DNA of 64,000 nucleotides from Azolla caroliniana (Eukaryota; Plantae; Polypodiophyta): the NCBI GenBank assembly GCA_043228905.1, contig JBHGNT010000016.1, positions 1,984,001 to 2,048,000 on the forward strand. Direction: 5' to 3'. Below are positions 35,905 to 50,600 of this stretch, in pieces; position 1 is the first letter of the stretch, and every line of letters starts with the position of its first letter. Under the pieces are notes generated by a model that was not told the origin of the DNA, made no database searches, and saw only the letters and a program-made list of their open reading frames with translations. The position numbers were made by a program, and so were the translations under genes.

Positions 35905-36431
35905 CTGTGTCTCTACACAGCAATTTTCTTGTTTTTTGTGGTGGTTTTGATTCTTGAATTCATTTGCTGTGATTGGCTTTTGGTCAGCGATTTCCACTAG
36001 GCTTGTGAATTTGAATCCTGAGTCGTTGTTAATTGTTTCTTCCTTTCCTCAACCAAACATCTTTGGCTCGGGTAAAAAACCTGCAATCGTGCTTAAGCTT
36101 GGTGCGATCTGTTAGCTTGAAACTGGATTGAAAGGTTTCTTTTGCACATGGAAATCTGTTGTACGTAGGAATCTATGCGATGTAGATCCTGGAATCCCTA
36201 GTCATTTATAGGGGTTCTCTGTTCAAATCGTTGTAATGGGAAATTGTGAACATATGACTGATAGAATATGTATATGAAGGAATCGGCCTATCGAGAAGAA
36301 TTCATGATGCCACTCATAGTATACACTTACCAGACCAATCGATGGTGAAGAGTCAAGACACAGGCACAGGCACATGCGCATGCAGGCATATTCCATTGCA
36401 TTCGATTGCCAAGAAAGGTAGCCCTGTTTGG

Positions 36432-36673
36432 AGATTTGCACAAGTTCATATATTAGTTTTAGTATCCAAGGTAAGAGCAAATCAACTAAAAAATCACAAA
36501 GATAGGTATGGTAGTAATAATTGTCCCCATAATCACCATTTTTCTTGGTAGCCATGGTTGAAGATTTGCACAAGTTCATATATTAGTTTTAGTATCCAAG
36601 TAAGAGCAAATCAACTAAAAAATCACAAAGGTAGGTATGGTAGTAATAATTGTCACCATAATCACCATTTTTC
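36432..36673. repeat. Direct duplication of about 112 bp (period about 130 bp)
   Basis: AGATTTGCACAAGTTCATATATTAG...AATCACCATTTTTC occurs twice, nearly identical. Confidence 0.9.
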
Positions 36674-37749
36674 AGTGGGTCATTGCTAGGAATTTGCAAT
36701 GATTCGGTTCTGAGCTTGAACTTGAAACGAACCAAACCAAACCATGAAACTGTTTAATGGCTTGGTTTGTGCTTGAACATGGTTGTTGCTGGCTCTTAAT
36801 TGTCACTGGTAAGTCTGAATGTTCGACTAGTCCATATCACCATTGTGATGGGTTGAGGAACAGCTAGGCTTTTTGTTGGAAATTGCTGCAATGCCATGAT
36901 ATTTTGAAGGTTGTTGCAATCTAAGGACATGCCAAAAATCAAAAGAGGGTATGAGAATTTGTTGAGCAAGACATATTAGTCGATACAATTTCATTTGCCC
37001 AATTGTATATATCACGCTTGTCATCAAGATTGTATGGTTTGTTTAAGTTTTTTCCACTATTATTAATAAATCCAATGAATGACATCTTGTCATAATGCCA
37101 TAATATTTTAATCATCACTTGTAGAATTGATGAGACTATAATTAGGGCGAGTGTTGGGTAAAATAGGACTATTGTTGCCATTAGTTCTAAAATTGGCATA
37201 ATATTTATGATGGCTTTGGTTGCCTATAAGTGTGTTTGGTGTTCTCTAATTCTCCCACATCAAAGCCATTTTGCCTTTTCTCGTTATTACTAATTTCAAT
37301 AGTCTCTTCATAGGGGGCAGGGATGCATGAAACTTTAATAACTATCATCATCATTTTATCAATTGATTATACACACAATCATCGTGGTTGGTAGGATGAT
37401 GGTATGACGAATGATCCATAATGATCGTTGCATTAACAACATTCCATATTGATATTATTGTTGTGATTCATATGATCCTCTAGAGAAGTACAATTAAGGT
37501 TATTAGAAAGGGTTGGATTAGGGATAATTAGTGTTATGTTAGGGCTAGGTACTTGTTGGGAAGTCGTCATATATATGCAACTTGCACACTCCAACTGTAT
37601 ATATCTAACCACTAAAGTGAAATAATTGATGATGTGGGAAAGTTGGGGAAATAAATGATGTATTTGTTCCTCCCATGATTTCCATACATCTGTTTTTTTT
37701 AGTAGATGGTTTGGAGAAAACAATGTTATCTCAATGTACACTATTATAG

Positions 37750-40230
37750 TGCAAGTTGAAGGCACTTATGATTAGCTTTCCAATTTGTATTCATGACATC
37801 TTATAAGTCATGCTTTCGAGAAGACTTTGGTTGAGAACATTGAAGGTTAAGCTAAGATGCAAATGACTCTAGATTTGCTTGTAAGTATGCAAAGGGACTA
37901 CCTTTAGTTAATAAATTCAACCTCTTAAGCATTATGATTGTTTGGGGCACGTGGTCAAGAACATTGACATAAGTTGTCAAAGATGGAGAGTGTGCTTTTT
38001 AATATTTATTGTAAAAACTTGAAATAGAATAGAACTCTTAGAGGTTGGTTTGTAATCTACTATCTTCTAGTCTCATTTGAAACAAAAGAGGTGTACTATA
38101 TTACATGAATGGTGTGTTAAACATGAGCATAATAGTACACTATATGCTAAAGTGCCTATAAAAAACCCATAGCTTTTGCGTATTATAGAAGAAACGTTAG
38201 ATGTATGGGTCCCATGTTCTATAAAAATTCTTAGAAAAACATTGACATCATTGGGTTCTCCATGATAATAATAAAAAGTGGACATAGATATATGTTGATC
38301 ATGGTGTATGTACAATGTTTTTTAAACAAAGTATTGCATCCAATTTGGGAGCTTTCTTCTCTTTGTCAAAAACTATAAGAGAAGTTGGATTCATGAATTT
38401 GTCAAAACAATTGAGTTTTTATTTATCAAACACAAGTAGCCTTTCATTTCTTTAGCACGTCAACTACTCTAATGTGAGTCATGTAGCCACCCAAGTTGAC
38501 TCTAATGTGAGTCATGTAGCCACCCATTTGCTTGCATCTTCCAAGTAACTCTAGTGCCCAAATTGCTTATGCCATTGCATCGCAGTCAATGTGCTCATGC
38601 ACTCGTTTGCAATTAATGTTGTGGGGTGGAACAATTTGTTTCTTCTTCTCACCTACTAGCGCTATGTGTTTGCATAGTAATTCTGTTGCATTGTGGATGC
38701 TCACACCAGACATATAATAAAAACTACTTCATAGCCAACATCTATGAGTAGATTCCAATATTGACAATAGATCCTCGGCATACACGGTAATTACATTGGA
38801 AGTGGGAGCTAGATGTACATCTCTGAAGCACTTCCTCCAACCCCTTCCCATTGGATGGGCGTCTATAGTTCTTCACTCACTACGAGGAACACAACTTTGA
38901 CATCCGTCGAGTTTTGAAATAAATTCCTTTGACTTATCGTGTGTTGCCTCACTCCACTATCTTGAATGTGTGTCTCTTGGTGCAACTGTACTTGATATAC
39001 ATATCAACGAGACGTACATATGTGACGCCATCTATTTCTACTAGTAGCCACGTATGTGCTCTTGCATGTTTAACTAGAATGTAGATCCATAGTCTCAAAC
39101 TCTTCGCTTTGGATTTTTGAGTCTCGAGCCATATGTCTCTTTTTATAAAAGCTCGTGGCATTTTGTTGAATATTTTTATTGACTATATTTTCTTCATTCC
39201 TTGAGCCCTCTATTACATCTAGTGGGGACCTTTGAAACTATTCACAATCCATGATGGGTCAAATTTCATCTCATTAAATTGTACAAGCAAACTCCTTGAA
39301 GAATTGTAAGGGATTCCTTACTTGAATGGTCAACCTTGCGATAGAGCCACCAAACCTATTGTGTAGTTCCGATTACACTTTAATTGGTGATAAACACCTC
39401 TCTTGTTTCTTAGAATATGCTCAAGGGCTATGTAAAATTCCATGTTTTGGATATTGGTCCATTCCCACATCTCATATTGACGTCGTCTAAAATTCCATAT
39501 ATATGCCACCTTATCATATATTCCCACATCTCATATTGTTAATGCCTTCGTCACAATTACACTTAAGAGTATCAACATTAGCTATTGTTCATTCTAAGAG
39601 TTCTTTTGAGGTCCAAACAATCATTTTATCAAGTTACTTGGATATAATATTGTTCCCATTGGTTCAACATCTCGAACAAGCATGATGGTGAACAATTTGA
39701 AATTCTATAATGCATATGTCATTCCATCGAACTTCCCTTCTAACATTACCAACAATAGTGGCATTGCTTGGCTAGGAGTCCCAATTTGCAACACTACTCA
39801 ATGAAGCATTTGGGTTGCTAACCAACAATTCATAAATCATGTTTATTCATCATTTTATTTGCAAATATCTTGTACTGTACAACTCCGCTTTGATACCATG
39901 TTAAATACTAAGTGGCATAGGGGTGGCACCTCCATCAAATGAATGTAAAGAATCCCCTTCCCCAATAGGTCTAGATGCAATGATCACATAATTTTAAGTA
40001 GGAGTCTTGGGTGGATGCAATGTGTTAGCTCAAGAAGAAGATGTGAAGAGGATACATGCTTAGGCGTCTAATGTTTGATATATAGTGTATACAATGGAGA
40101 AATATAGAGATTTATCATATACTTAATAGAGCATTGAAGCATGGTTGCAATAGAGATTTGGATGCAAATACATTGAATGCAACGTCATTGAACGGGACAG
40201 AGTATTCATTGGAGTCATCTAAGACCATTC
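37750..40230 (-). mobile_element. Heavily decayed Ty1/Copia-like LTR retrotransposon (5' LTR, PBS, gag and integrase remnants)
   Basis: The minus strand has CA followed by TGGTATCAAAGC at 39900-39887 (LTR end plus tRNAiMet primer-binding site). An integrase-like fragment KEKKAPKLDA lies near 38370. Boundaries are approximate. Confidence 0.6.
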
Positions 40231-40399
40231 ATTTTCTATAAAATTGGATGAAGAAGCCATGAAGTTAATTTTCTTTTCCATAAAGGGGTGTTTTGCAAAG
40301 TATGTAATTGGATCTCATTCAATATATGAGAAAATAGAGACAAATTTTCTCACCCGCAAAAGAGGGCTTGGGTGTAAAATAAAGGATTTGGGTTCATGT

Positions 40400-41350
40400 T
40401 TGGGTACCTTCTACACCATTGGAGGCACAAACCCGTTCACATGGTTGGGACCTCGTTATCGGCTACAATATACATACCTCTACCAATGGATCAAATTATG
40501 ACCAACAAAGTATATCAATCGTTTCTTCTCGCCCATGGGTATCACAACTCGTGCTCAATTGTGGAGTAATGTAGGTTTATTGGTGGATAAAGTGTCTGGC
40601 AAAATTAGCACGTTACTTTGCCATTTAAAGAAATCTATTATGCACAACATTGCTTGCATGGGGATTTACCAATTGGGGTAACCTTGCCAAAGTAAGATGC
40701 AATTTTGGTTTAGAATTTGGTTAACCATTTGCTTTGGAATTGCCACAACATTAAGCATTTGTTTAGTAAGGCAACGCAACAACTCGTTAATAATTTCAGA
40801 ATACCTTATTTTTTTAAAGAACTTTTTGATATTTGGTTGTATTCTTGGAGCCACCTCATGCTACATATGATTATTCAATTCAGTAAGATTATGGGGATTG
40901 TGAACTATAGGGATATCACGACACCATGTGTTCTTCAACCAACCCGTTTTGAACGAATTCTTTGTCGTCAAGTATTCTCTCGCGTAGTGAATGCACGATC
41001 ATATGTTTGCTCTATGATATTGTCATATAGCAAATTTCGAATTTTCTTGCAACGCCTCAGAAGTTTCCCACCAATAGCACAAACAAATCGCTATGAGAAA
41101 AGATACAAATACAATGAAGTCGATGGAGTGTGGACCAACCTTAGAATAATCAAGAAGATAAGTTCGGTTCGATACAGGGCTGAACGAGTAGCCCACGTAA
41201 TGTGTTCGATGCACGACATCTTCCATTGGTGGCATGAGAAGGGAGGCGTGTTTGAGCACATAAGCAGGCTGAACAACGGGAGTGGACGAAGCGACACGTA
41301 ATTGTGTCCATGTGCCTGCGCCCAATACCAGATATGTTGTCAAGCAAGTG
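40400..41350 (+). mobile_element. LINE 3'-end remnant (zf-RVT-like)
   Basis: A VNHLLWNC motif follows a degenerate Cys pair. Part of the sequence is repeated at 21621-21852. Boundaries are approximate. Confidence 0.55.
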
Positions 41351-41677
41351 CCAAAACCAAGTCCCAGCAGAAAATATGTATTGCTTGGGTGTCTGTCTAG
41401 ATAATCAATAAGAACGAAAGGGGTAACAAAACGAATATATATATATAATTATATAAATATTTGTCTATAATAATAAAATTCCCCCCATAGTTTCCTTTTT
41501 TCCTCATTCTTTTCCAAATCCTGCGTGTGAAGCAAGCGGAAACACAAAACCCTATCTCTCTCTCTCTCTCCTTCTCATTTGTTGAAGAGAGGAGGAAGAA
41601 GGCCATAGCTTCTCCTTTCTTACTGAGAACTTCGATTTCTGTACTTCCGTTCTTCTGCTAACTGACGCGCCAGAGCT

Positions 41678-44600
41678 ATGGGGACTTCACTCCCTCCCAA
41701 GGAAGCAAATCTCTTCAAGCTCATCGCTGTAAGTTCTCTCTCTCTCTCTCCCCCTCCAGTTCTTCTTTTCCTATTCTCGTCTGAAATGGATGCTTATTTT
41801 TGAAGAATCTAGCCTGTATTTTAGTTCTGTAATTGTTGTGTGTAAATGTTGTGAAGGATATTCTAAGATAGACATTCTGTCCAACAAATCTAGCTTCTTT
41901 TGTGGAGCGTTTTCAGTTCTAGAAGAGCTCCTCCAAATGTTCAGAGAGTAGGTCCAAGAAAGTGACTAATATATATTCTCACAGAGTTGTTCCTCAAAAT
42001 TCTCAGAAGGAGGTCCTAGTAAGAATATTCTTTGCAATAAATTTAGGGATTGTTGGTAAGTTCTTTCAGTTTTAGAAGTGGTATCCATTAACATCGTCAG
42101 GAGGAAGTTTTAGAAAGAAAGTAATCTTCAAGATATTTAGATTTTGTAGGCAAGCATTTTTTAAGGCTAGAAATTTTTACATGTTAGCTCACGAGCAGAT
42201 CATATCAAGAGATCTCTCTTCAAAGAATGTAGTCTTTTCGTGTATTCTTTTCTACTTTCTGAGGTCTTCTCCTTGAAACGCTGAGAAAGAGTTCAAAGAA
42301 AGAAAGTTATGGTCAAATAACATTTCTTTAGTTCTATATATGCCCCTCTTAAAAATGCGCTGAAGGATGCTTGAACTTTAAGAACGAAACTATTGTCAAT
42401 GGGTCTAGGTTTTGACTTCATGATTTTTTGTTTCTCGTAGCACTGTTCCTCCAATGTTCAGAAGAAGGTCTAACAAAGAAAGTAAGATAGATTTACATGA
42501 GACAAAATTTTGATTCGCTAGGCTTTCCTCTGTGACAATTTTTCACGAATATAGGTGACAATTTATTAGGTCTAGAAGTTCTTCTCTCCCAATGTTTAGG
42601 AGGAGGTCTAAGAAAAACAGTGTTGTAGGTATTTTTATGATACTCCTTAAGTTCTTGATGTCTTTCTATAAGTATTTTATGAGGAGACATCAGAAGAAAA
42701 GCCTTTTGAAGGAATAAAGGTTTCATTCTAAACAAATTGTTTCGAGTTCTTTCTCTTCTTTGAAAGTCTCACAAGGGGTCCCAAAAGAAAGTACTTTTCA
42801 AGAAGTCTAGTTTTTGTTGTGAAGGTGTTTTAGTTGAAGAGGTGCTCATCTCCAAAATTTATTGAGGAATGAGAATCCTTTTTAAGGAGTTTAGTTAAGG
42901 TCCTACTTTTGTTGTAATAGCTCGAGAGGTGTTCCACTAAACAGTATGGAGTACATGGAGTCGACTTTGATGAGTTTAAGTTTGTTTGAGAGGATGTGTA
43001 CTTTAAGGTTGCACATTCTTCCCAAATTCTAGCTTTAAGAAGGGTATTTCATATGGTATGCTTCTTTGGACTGCAAGAAGTGTGAGATATCCTTTTGATG
43101 ATGTCTACCTGGAGGCTTCTAGTTGATTGTATGCATGTTTTCATTGTTCTGCATCTTTTTGAAGTTATCTTGAGTCTTCAAGGAACGTAGGTTTTGGTTT
43201 GATGAGTTTCTAGTTCAAGAGGTATGTCTCTAAAGGGGTATGGATAAGTTTGTAAGAAACAAAATTTATGATGTCTCTTTGATTTCTTATGCTTCTCTTT
43301 ATTTGACTCCTAAAATTGTTACTTGGATCTCAAATATGACTACATTTTTTGAGTATTTGCAATTGCATTGATGCATGCTTTTAGTCATCTCATTTTTTGT
43401 AATTAGGACACAGTTAGTTGAGGCATAAATCATATTTTTACTCTGAATTCTGCTAGAAATGCTACGAGACAAAGCAATATAAGAAGGGGCTGAAGGCAGC
43501 AGATCAAATCCTGAAGAAATTCCCTGAACATGGAGGTATTTGATATTGTACCGATTTGTATTTATAAACTATTTGATTATGACGAAGTTAATTATGGTAT
43601 TGAATTATTTTGGTTTACAGAGACTTTGGCAATGAAGGGACTGACGCTAAATTGCATGGACAGCAAAAATGAGGCTTATGAGCTTGTTCGTAAAGGCTTG
43701 AAGGTTGTAAATCATCCTCATATTCATTTTACTTCAGTACAGTCTTAACAGATCTATCAGCTTACTTTTTTTCAACGGTTTTTTCTTGACAGAATGACTT
43801 AAAGAGTCATGTCTGTTGGCATGTTTATGGCCTTTTATATCGTTCAGATCGAGAGTACCGTGAAGCCATCAAGTGCTATAGGAATGCTTTACGAATAGAC
43901 CCAGAAAATATTCAGATACTCAAAGATCTATCTCTTCTTCAGGTTCAAAATTTAGTTTAATGTATTTTTATTTCTTAAACTAGGATGATCTAACAAAGTT
44001 TGTGGAGTTTATTCTCAAGCAAATTGTGGGAAGTGAACTGCAGGCTCAGATGAGGGATTTGGGTGGTTATGTTGAAACATGTAGAACTCTGCTAACACTG
44101 AAGCCAAGTCATCGCAATTATTGGATAGGCTTTGCTATCTCACACCACTTAAATGGAGAGTATGAAATCTTACTTATTCAAAGATGTTTACTTCCATGCT
44201 TTTGTCTGTTACGGAAATTTATATTCAAAATTTTGTCATATGTATATGCATACAGAAAACGTAATGATATCTTGTTATTATGTTCACAGTCCAGGCAAAG
44301 CTGTTGATATACTTATTGCATATGAGGGTACGCTGGAAGAAGATTATCCTCCTGATAATGAAAGATATGAACATAGTGAAATGCTTCTATACAAGGTTTC
44401 TCTTATTTCTTGGACTGAGTTCTTTTTAGTATATTCTCCAAACAATACAATATATAAACCTGTTTTTTCAGGTGTCCTTGTTGGAGGAGTCAGGAGCTCC
44501 TGAAAAAGCTTTAGAAGAGTTAAACAACAAGGAAGCCAAAATTGTATGTTTCCTATTGCTTTGTGAAAAAAAGTAATTTTTATTATGCATCTGACTGATT

Positions 44601-47600
44601 TGTAAAATAATATCACAGGTTGATAAACTTGGATTGAAGGAAGTCAAAGCTTCTTTGCTAATGAAATTAAATCGGCTTAGTGAAGCTGAGCAGGCTTATT
44701 ACACATTGCTGGACATAAACCCCGAAAATTACAAGTATATTCTCTCATTCCTGTTTTTTCTTTCGGATAGACCAATGTCATATTTTTGGATGGAGATAAA
44801 TTATGAGGTTACTGTTGTAGTAGCTTGTGAAATTCAGTTTAATTAGTCAAGAAGAATAAGTTGGCAGTGGGGTTTTTAGTCAGACAAGAAGTTTCTGGTC
44901 TGTTATAGTGTTTAGAGGATGGATGTAATGTATCCCTCATACATTTAGATTTCAATAAATGTTGTCTATTTCTGTTAAAATATGATGTGTCTTATGCTAT
45001 TAATGAATGTTCCATGTAGAAATATGATTATTTTCGCTTGCACACATACACACACATATATTTGATGACATCCATAGTAGGCTACAATGTTGTCACTTAA
45101 TTTTTAAAAGAATGTTTTTATTGTTTTATTCTGTGAGTGGTTCAACCAATATGATATGATAATAATCGATGGTAAGGGAAATATTTAGGCATCTAAAACA
45201 TAAAGATGGTCATTGAAAATGCGAACGCTTGTAGGTTGTATATGTCGGCCAATCTTTCTCTAATGATTGTAACCCTAGAAATTTTGCTTCATTCTTTGGG
45301 TAATTTTCTCATTCTTTTAGTCAGTTATGTAAGTTACAGAAAGGTGTTTTTTGATTTGAAAACTAAGCATATGATTCTAAAGTATCTGGTTTTCTTCGTT
45401 CATATTAAGTTTGGAGAATTGATTGTAATTGACACTAATAACTCTACTGACATATATTTGTTAATTGTCTAGATATCATGAAGGTCTCCAAAGGTCACTG
45501 GAACTATCTGGAAATTCTAATAAGATTGATGACCAAGAAAAAATTACGAACTTGTACTCAAGTCTTCAAGCAAAATATCCAAGTTCTGTTGCTGTAAAGG
45601 TAACTTCAATCCTCATATTTTGACTTCCACTGTTTTTCTGGTGCTCTATTTCTTTTAGTTTGTTGCATTTCTTTTTCTGTTTCTGTTATTCATATACTAA
45701 AAAATTGGGGAAGTAACAAGGATTATAGAAACTGTACTGATTCAGCATATATGTTCTGTGATTGAAATATTTGCTGTCTGAATGCGTAATTAAAGGATGT
45801 GACCACATGCACATTTCTGTTTGCAATAAGGTCCCTAATTTAACCAACAGAGACCTTTATCATTGCGCATTGCGTAATGGGCAGATTGAGATAGCTTAAC
45901 TATTCTAAGAGCTATTGTCTCTTTGTGCATTCATTGTTTCTAAACATGTGTTATTGCTAGGCTGGCTCTATATATAGAATAGAGTCTTGTCCTGCATGCA
46001 ATAGGGGGAGAAATATAACCAACAGAGAACCCTTCGCGTTTCCACAAAGACTAGATTAGATTAGCGTAGCTTAATACGGGAGTTTAACAAACAAATGACA
46101 CTTACGGCATTCAATTATATGCTTTCTTTTCTGCCGTGGTCCTTGCATACATAGGGTCTTCTTGCTCATGTAGTAGGGCTGTTAGTGCCCCTTTGCATTT
46201 TGGTAATTTTAGTTTTTTAATTCTAAAGTACAACCGTAATGACAGGTTGCTTTCTTGTTCTGGGAATCATTTCTCTTGTATCCAGCGTATTCCTCTTGAT
46301 TTCTTGGAGATTGGCTCTTTTCGACAAGCTGCAGACAATTACGTGAGGCCGCTTTTGAGGAAGGTACATGCTTTCTTATTTATTGTGATGCTGCTGTACA
46401 TATTTGCAACCACCATGTTTGATTCTTGTTCTTTTTATGTACAGGGTGTTCCTTCACTATTTTCAGACCTCAAGCCTTTGTACAATCAACCAGGGAAGGT
46501 AAAAATTAAAGTTCACTAATTTAAAGTTTATACAGAACCTGTATCTGTTTCATATAAAGCTGAAGTACCTCACTTTTCTGAAGGCTGATGTGCTAGAGGA
46601 GATCTTGGTAAATATTTTAACGTCTCTTCAACAAAATGGAACTTTTCCTGGAAGGTGATGATATTTTATTTATGGTAACGGATTGCAAGAATGGTTTCGT
46701 TTTGGAAGTATCTGTTTTTCTCATATGTGCATTGTGATGCAGTTCTGAGAATGAAGCACCTTCAACTCTTTTGTGGACGTTGTTCTTATTGGCTCAGGTT
46801 TGTTTCACATCCATTATTCAATTTTGCATCGTTATTTTGTTTGAATCTTTTCCATTATTCAATTTTGTTTGTATGTTTGAATCTTTTTAACAGCATTATG
46901 ATCAAAGAGGGCTGTTTGAGAAGGCAATTGAATCAATTGACAATGCAATTTTACATACTCCTACTGTAATCGACCTATATCTGGTCAAGGTATTTGAAAA
47001 GGCTTGGGTGGTGCTATAGTATCCTACTTATGGATATAATGATTAACTCAAATTATCTTGATGTCCTGGTTAGGGACGAATCTTTAAGCACTGTGGTGAC
47101 ATGCTAGCTGCAGCAGCACTAGCAGATGAAGCTCGGACAATGGATTTGGCAGATAGATTTTTGAACAGTGAGTGTGTAAAACGCATGCTACAAGCTGATA
47201 AGGTATGTATATTGATGATGCAGCCAACTAACTGCTGTGTAATGTGTATTTCTGTTGTAACTTTTTTCTATGACTCTTTTTTTCTCGATTGTCTCAAATT
47301 TATTGTGCAGCATGTATACTTTTCTATGTAGAAGTCTCTAGAGAAAAGTTTAGGTCACGTAGAACGTTCCCACAAAATGTAGCATTTATTAATCTCAAAT
47401 TTATAGTGCTTCTGTACTTATTTTAAGCAACATTATCTAGAATAAGTGGATGACCTTAATTGTCTACTTTGGTCATATAAAATCAAAGTATTTACTTGTG
47501 GCTTTTGTCTGATTCACACTTCTATTTCAACCTACGGCAGAAGCTACTAACTTTCTGATGTTGTATAAAATATTATTAGCTTTTTGAATGAACTATCATG

Positions 47601-50600
47601 GACAAGTTCTCACATACTTTCTATATAAATGATAAAATTAGTTCAGCAATCCACCTTTTGGAACAGTATGGGAATATTATCACAATAGTTTTGTCTTTAT
47701 TGAAATGGCCTTGCCTACAACTAGTGCCACTTGACATCAAATATATTTTATGGAACAATTTTGAAATATCTAGGGAATGAGCTGTCCGAGTACATCTGCA
47801 TGGAACTAAAAGCTAAGATTGATAGCATATTAGTGGGATATTGTAATATGCTAATGTCTTGTGTTTTCTCACATTCTCTAAATTCTTTGTAAAGCCAAGA
47901 ATAATTCAGTGTTGTTGAGGTTTATAGATGTGATGGAAACAATTTTAGTCTATGAATACTTTTCTGAGTTAAAATTTTCAGAAATTAATTATGTTAAGAA
48001 TGAAGGATATCCTGTATGATGGCAACATCTATCTTCGTGGTCTGTAGGTTGATCAGGCGGAGAAAATTGCATTGCTATTTACAAAGGAGGGAGACCAGCA
48101 TAACAATCTTTATGATATGCAGTGCATGTGGTCGGTCATTGGTTTTAATTTTCTGTTTGCTAAGTAGTGGCTTCTTCACAAATTTAAATGTATATTGGTT
48201 TTTGTGAATCAGGTATGAATTGGCTGCAGGAGATAGCCATTTTCGACAGGGATCCCTTGGACGTGCTCTAAAGAAGTATCTTGCTGTTGAGAAGCATTAT
48301 GCTGATATGGTTGAGGATCAGTTTGATTTCCACACATATTGTATCAGGAAGATGACACTTCGAGCTTACATCCGTATGTTGAAGTTTCAAGATAATTTAC
48401 ATTCATACCGTTTCTTCCATCGGGCTGCTGCATCGTCAATTAGGTGAAATGTTGGAATATTTTCTTTTCTTAAAACAGCCTTTGTCATTGTTCACAAACT
48501 CACAAGCAGTACATGACTTCACGCATTCAGATGCTATTTACGGCTATTTGATAACCCACCAAAAGCTGCTGCTGAGGAAGCTGATGCTGCTGCTGCCGGA
48601 TTACCTCCAGCTGAGAGGAAGAAGCTTCGTCAGAAACAGCGGAAAGAGGCGGCTAGGGCTAAAAAGGTTTGCAATGCTTAAAGGTGTTGTATTTTAATTT
48701 CCGTTTTTGCTGATTTATTGAGATGCTTATGTGTTCTTTTTCCAGGAAGCTGAAGAAAAAGCCAAGGAAGAGGAGGTCTCTATATCTTCTTCCAAAGGAG
48801 GAAAAAAAGCTTCTCAGCAATCCAGACCTCTTGACTCTGATCCTGATGGCGAGAAACTGTCACAGGTTCTTCATGTTTTACAGTTGAGCTGACAAATGAA
48901 TAGAAGCCATTGCAAGGCTAATTTACTTCTGTTTTTTTGATAGGTTGATGATCCTTTAGGGGAAGCAACCAAATACCTAACACTTTTACAGGATCATTCT
49001 CCCATGGTATTGGAGACACATGTACTTGCTTTTGAGATATACATCCGGAAAAAGAAGTTGCTGCTTGCTTTGCAGGTATGCGGCTGTTGGTTGTAGTAAA
49101 TCTTGATTATATAATATATTTCAAACCTGCATGGCATTTGAATAGGTAGACCATTGTTGGACTCTTGTCCTTCATTCTTTTATGATCTTTTTTGCTACTT
49201 GGAGGTTATCTTTTTACGAAGTATTCAAGTACTCTGGTTATTAACATGCTCGAAACCTATTGGCTTTCTTCATAATCCAGGCACAAAAATGCTAATATGA
49301 GAAATTTTTCTAATATATTTATCTTTCCATGCTTTCTGTAGCATGAATTACACAGAAAAGTGTACTTTTTTATGAACTTGCTAGTTGAATCCTTGACCAT
49401 ATAGCAATTACGTAAGGCTTGGTTAAGAGAGATTGCCAGCCAAACATTTATTTATTTGGTGTTATATATCTTTCATAGTTGTTAAAAAACGCGTATTCTA
49501 CGTTTAGTATACGTTTTAGAATACTCGGAAGTAATCTGCGTTATAGAACTGCCGTTTTTTAAATTTTCACGTATTCTACGTATTCTAAAAATTTGACATA
49601 TTCTACATATTTTCCGAATTTAACAAGTATTTATCATTTCAAAAAGTTTTAAATAATTTTAATTTTATTTTATTTTTGAAAAAAATACTTAAAATTTTGA
49701 GAAGCATTTAACGTAATCTAAGTATCCTACACACATTCTAAGTATTTAATGTATTTAATGTATTTTATCTGTAAAACACGTATTCTAAGTATTTTAAAAG
49801 AAGGTAGAATACTTAGCATATGTATTCTACACGTCTGTATGCCAAGTATTCTACAACAATGATATCTCTCGACTGCTTAATAGAGTATTGCTGTAGTTTT
49901 TATGACTTGACAACATAAGAAAAATCATGTATTGGTTTTCTTCTATTATATAATTGACTTTCTAATGGTTATGTCTGTCTTCAGGCATTGAAGAGACAAG
50001 TGAAATTGGATGCTGATAGTTGGGAAGCTCACTGCTGCATGGTATGCAAATGATTATATTGGCTGGTCATACTTGTATTATATTTGCAACATTTTCTTAA
50101 TCATAATATATGGATGCTATTAATCTGTTGCATTTGCAATGGCATATTGAGTTTGTCTATACCAAATACAATGTTTTAAATTGCTGTCATGAAATGTTGC
50201 AGACACGGTTCTTTAATGTTGTAGACAACCTACCTCAAGCAGTGAATGATACAGAGAAATTGATTCATAGTGTGATTCAAACCGAAAGAGCATTTTTCAA
50301 GTATTACCATCATACCATGTTCTTACTTTAACATCATATCTGCTAAGCATCTGTATTCATGTACATTAAACTCATTAATATAGGTGCTCACATTCTACTT
50401 TGCTGGAGGAAAATGAATCATTTCTGCATCGACATAAAGGTTTAGCACTTTCCTGACAAAGATGTTTGTGTTAATTTGAAATTTGTATGTTAATGTAATG
50501 TTTTCCATGTTGTGAATGATATTTGCAGATTCCCTTAGACACAGAGCTGCTGCTGCAGAAATGCTTTATCTTCTTGCACCTGAGCAGAAGGATGCTGCGG

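Noticed and set aside
36085-36112. Short palindrome vaguely resembling a conserved miRNA
   Set aside because: The stem is far too short for a pre-miRNA and has too many mismatches.
44735-44745. U12-type intron in NAA15 (GTATATTC donor)
   Set aside because: It does not match the GTATCCTT consensus, so it is treated as an ordinary U2 intron.
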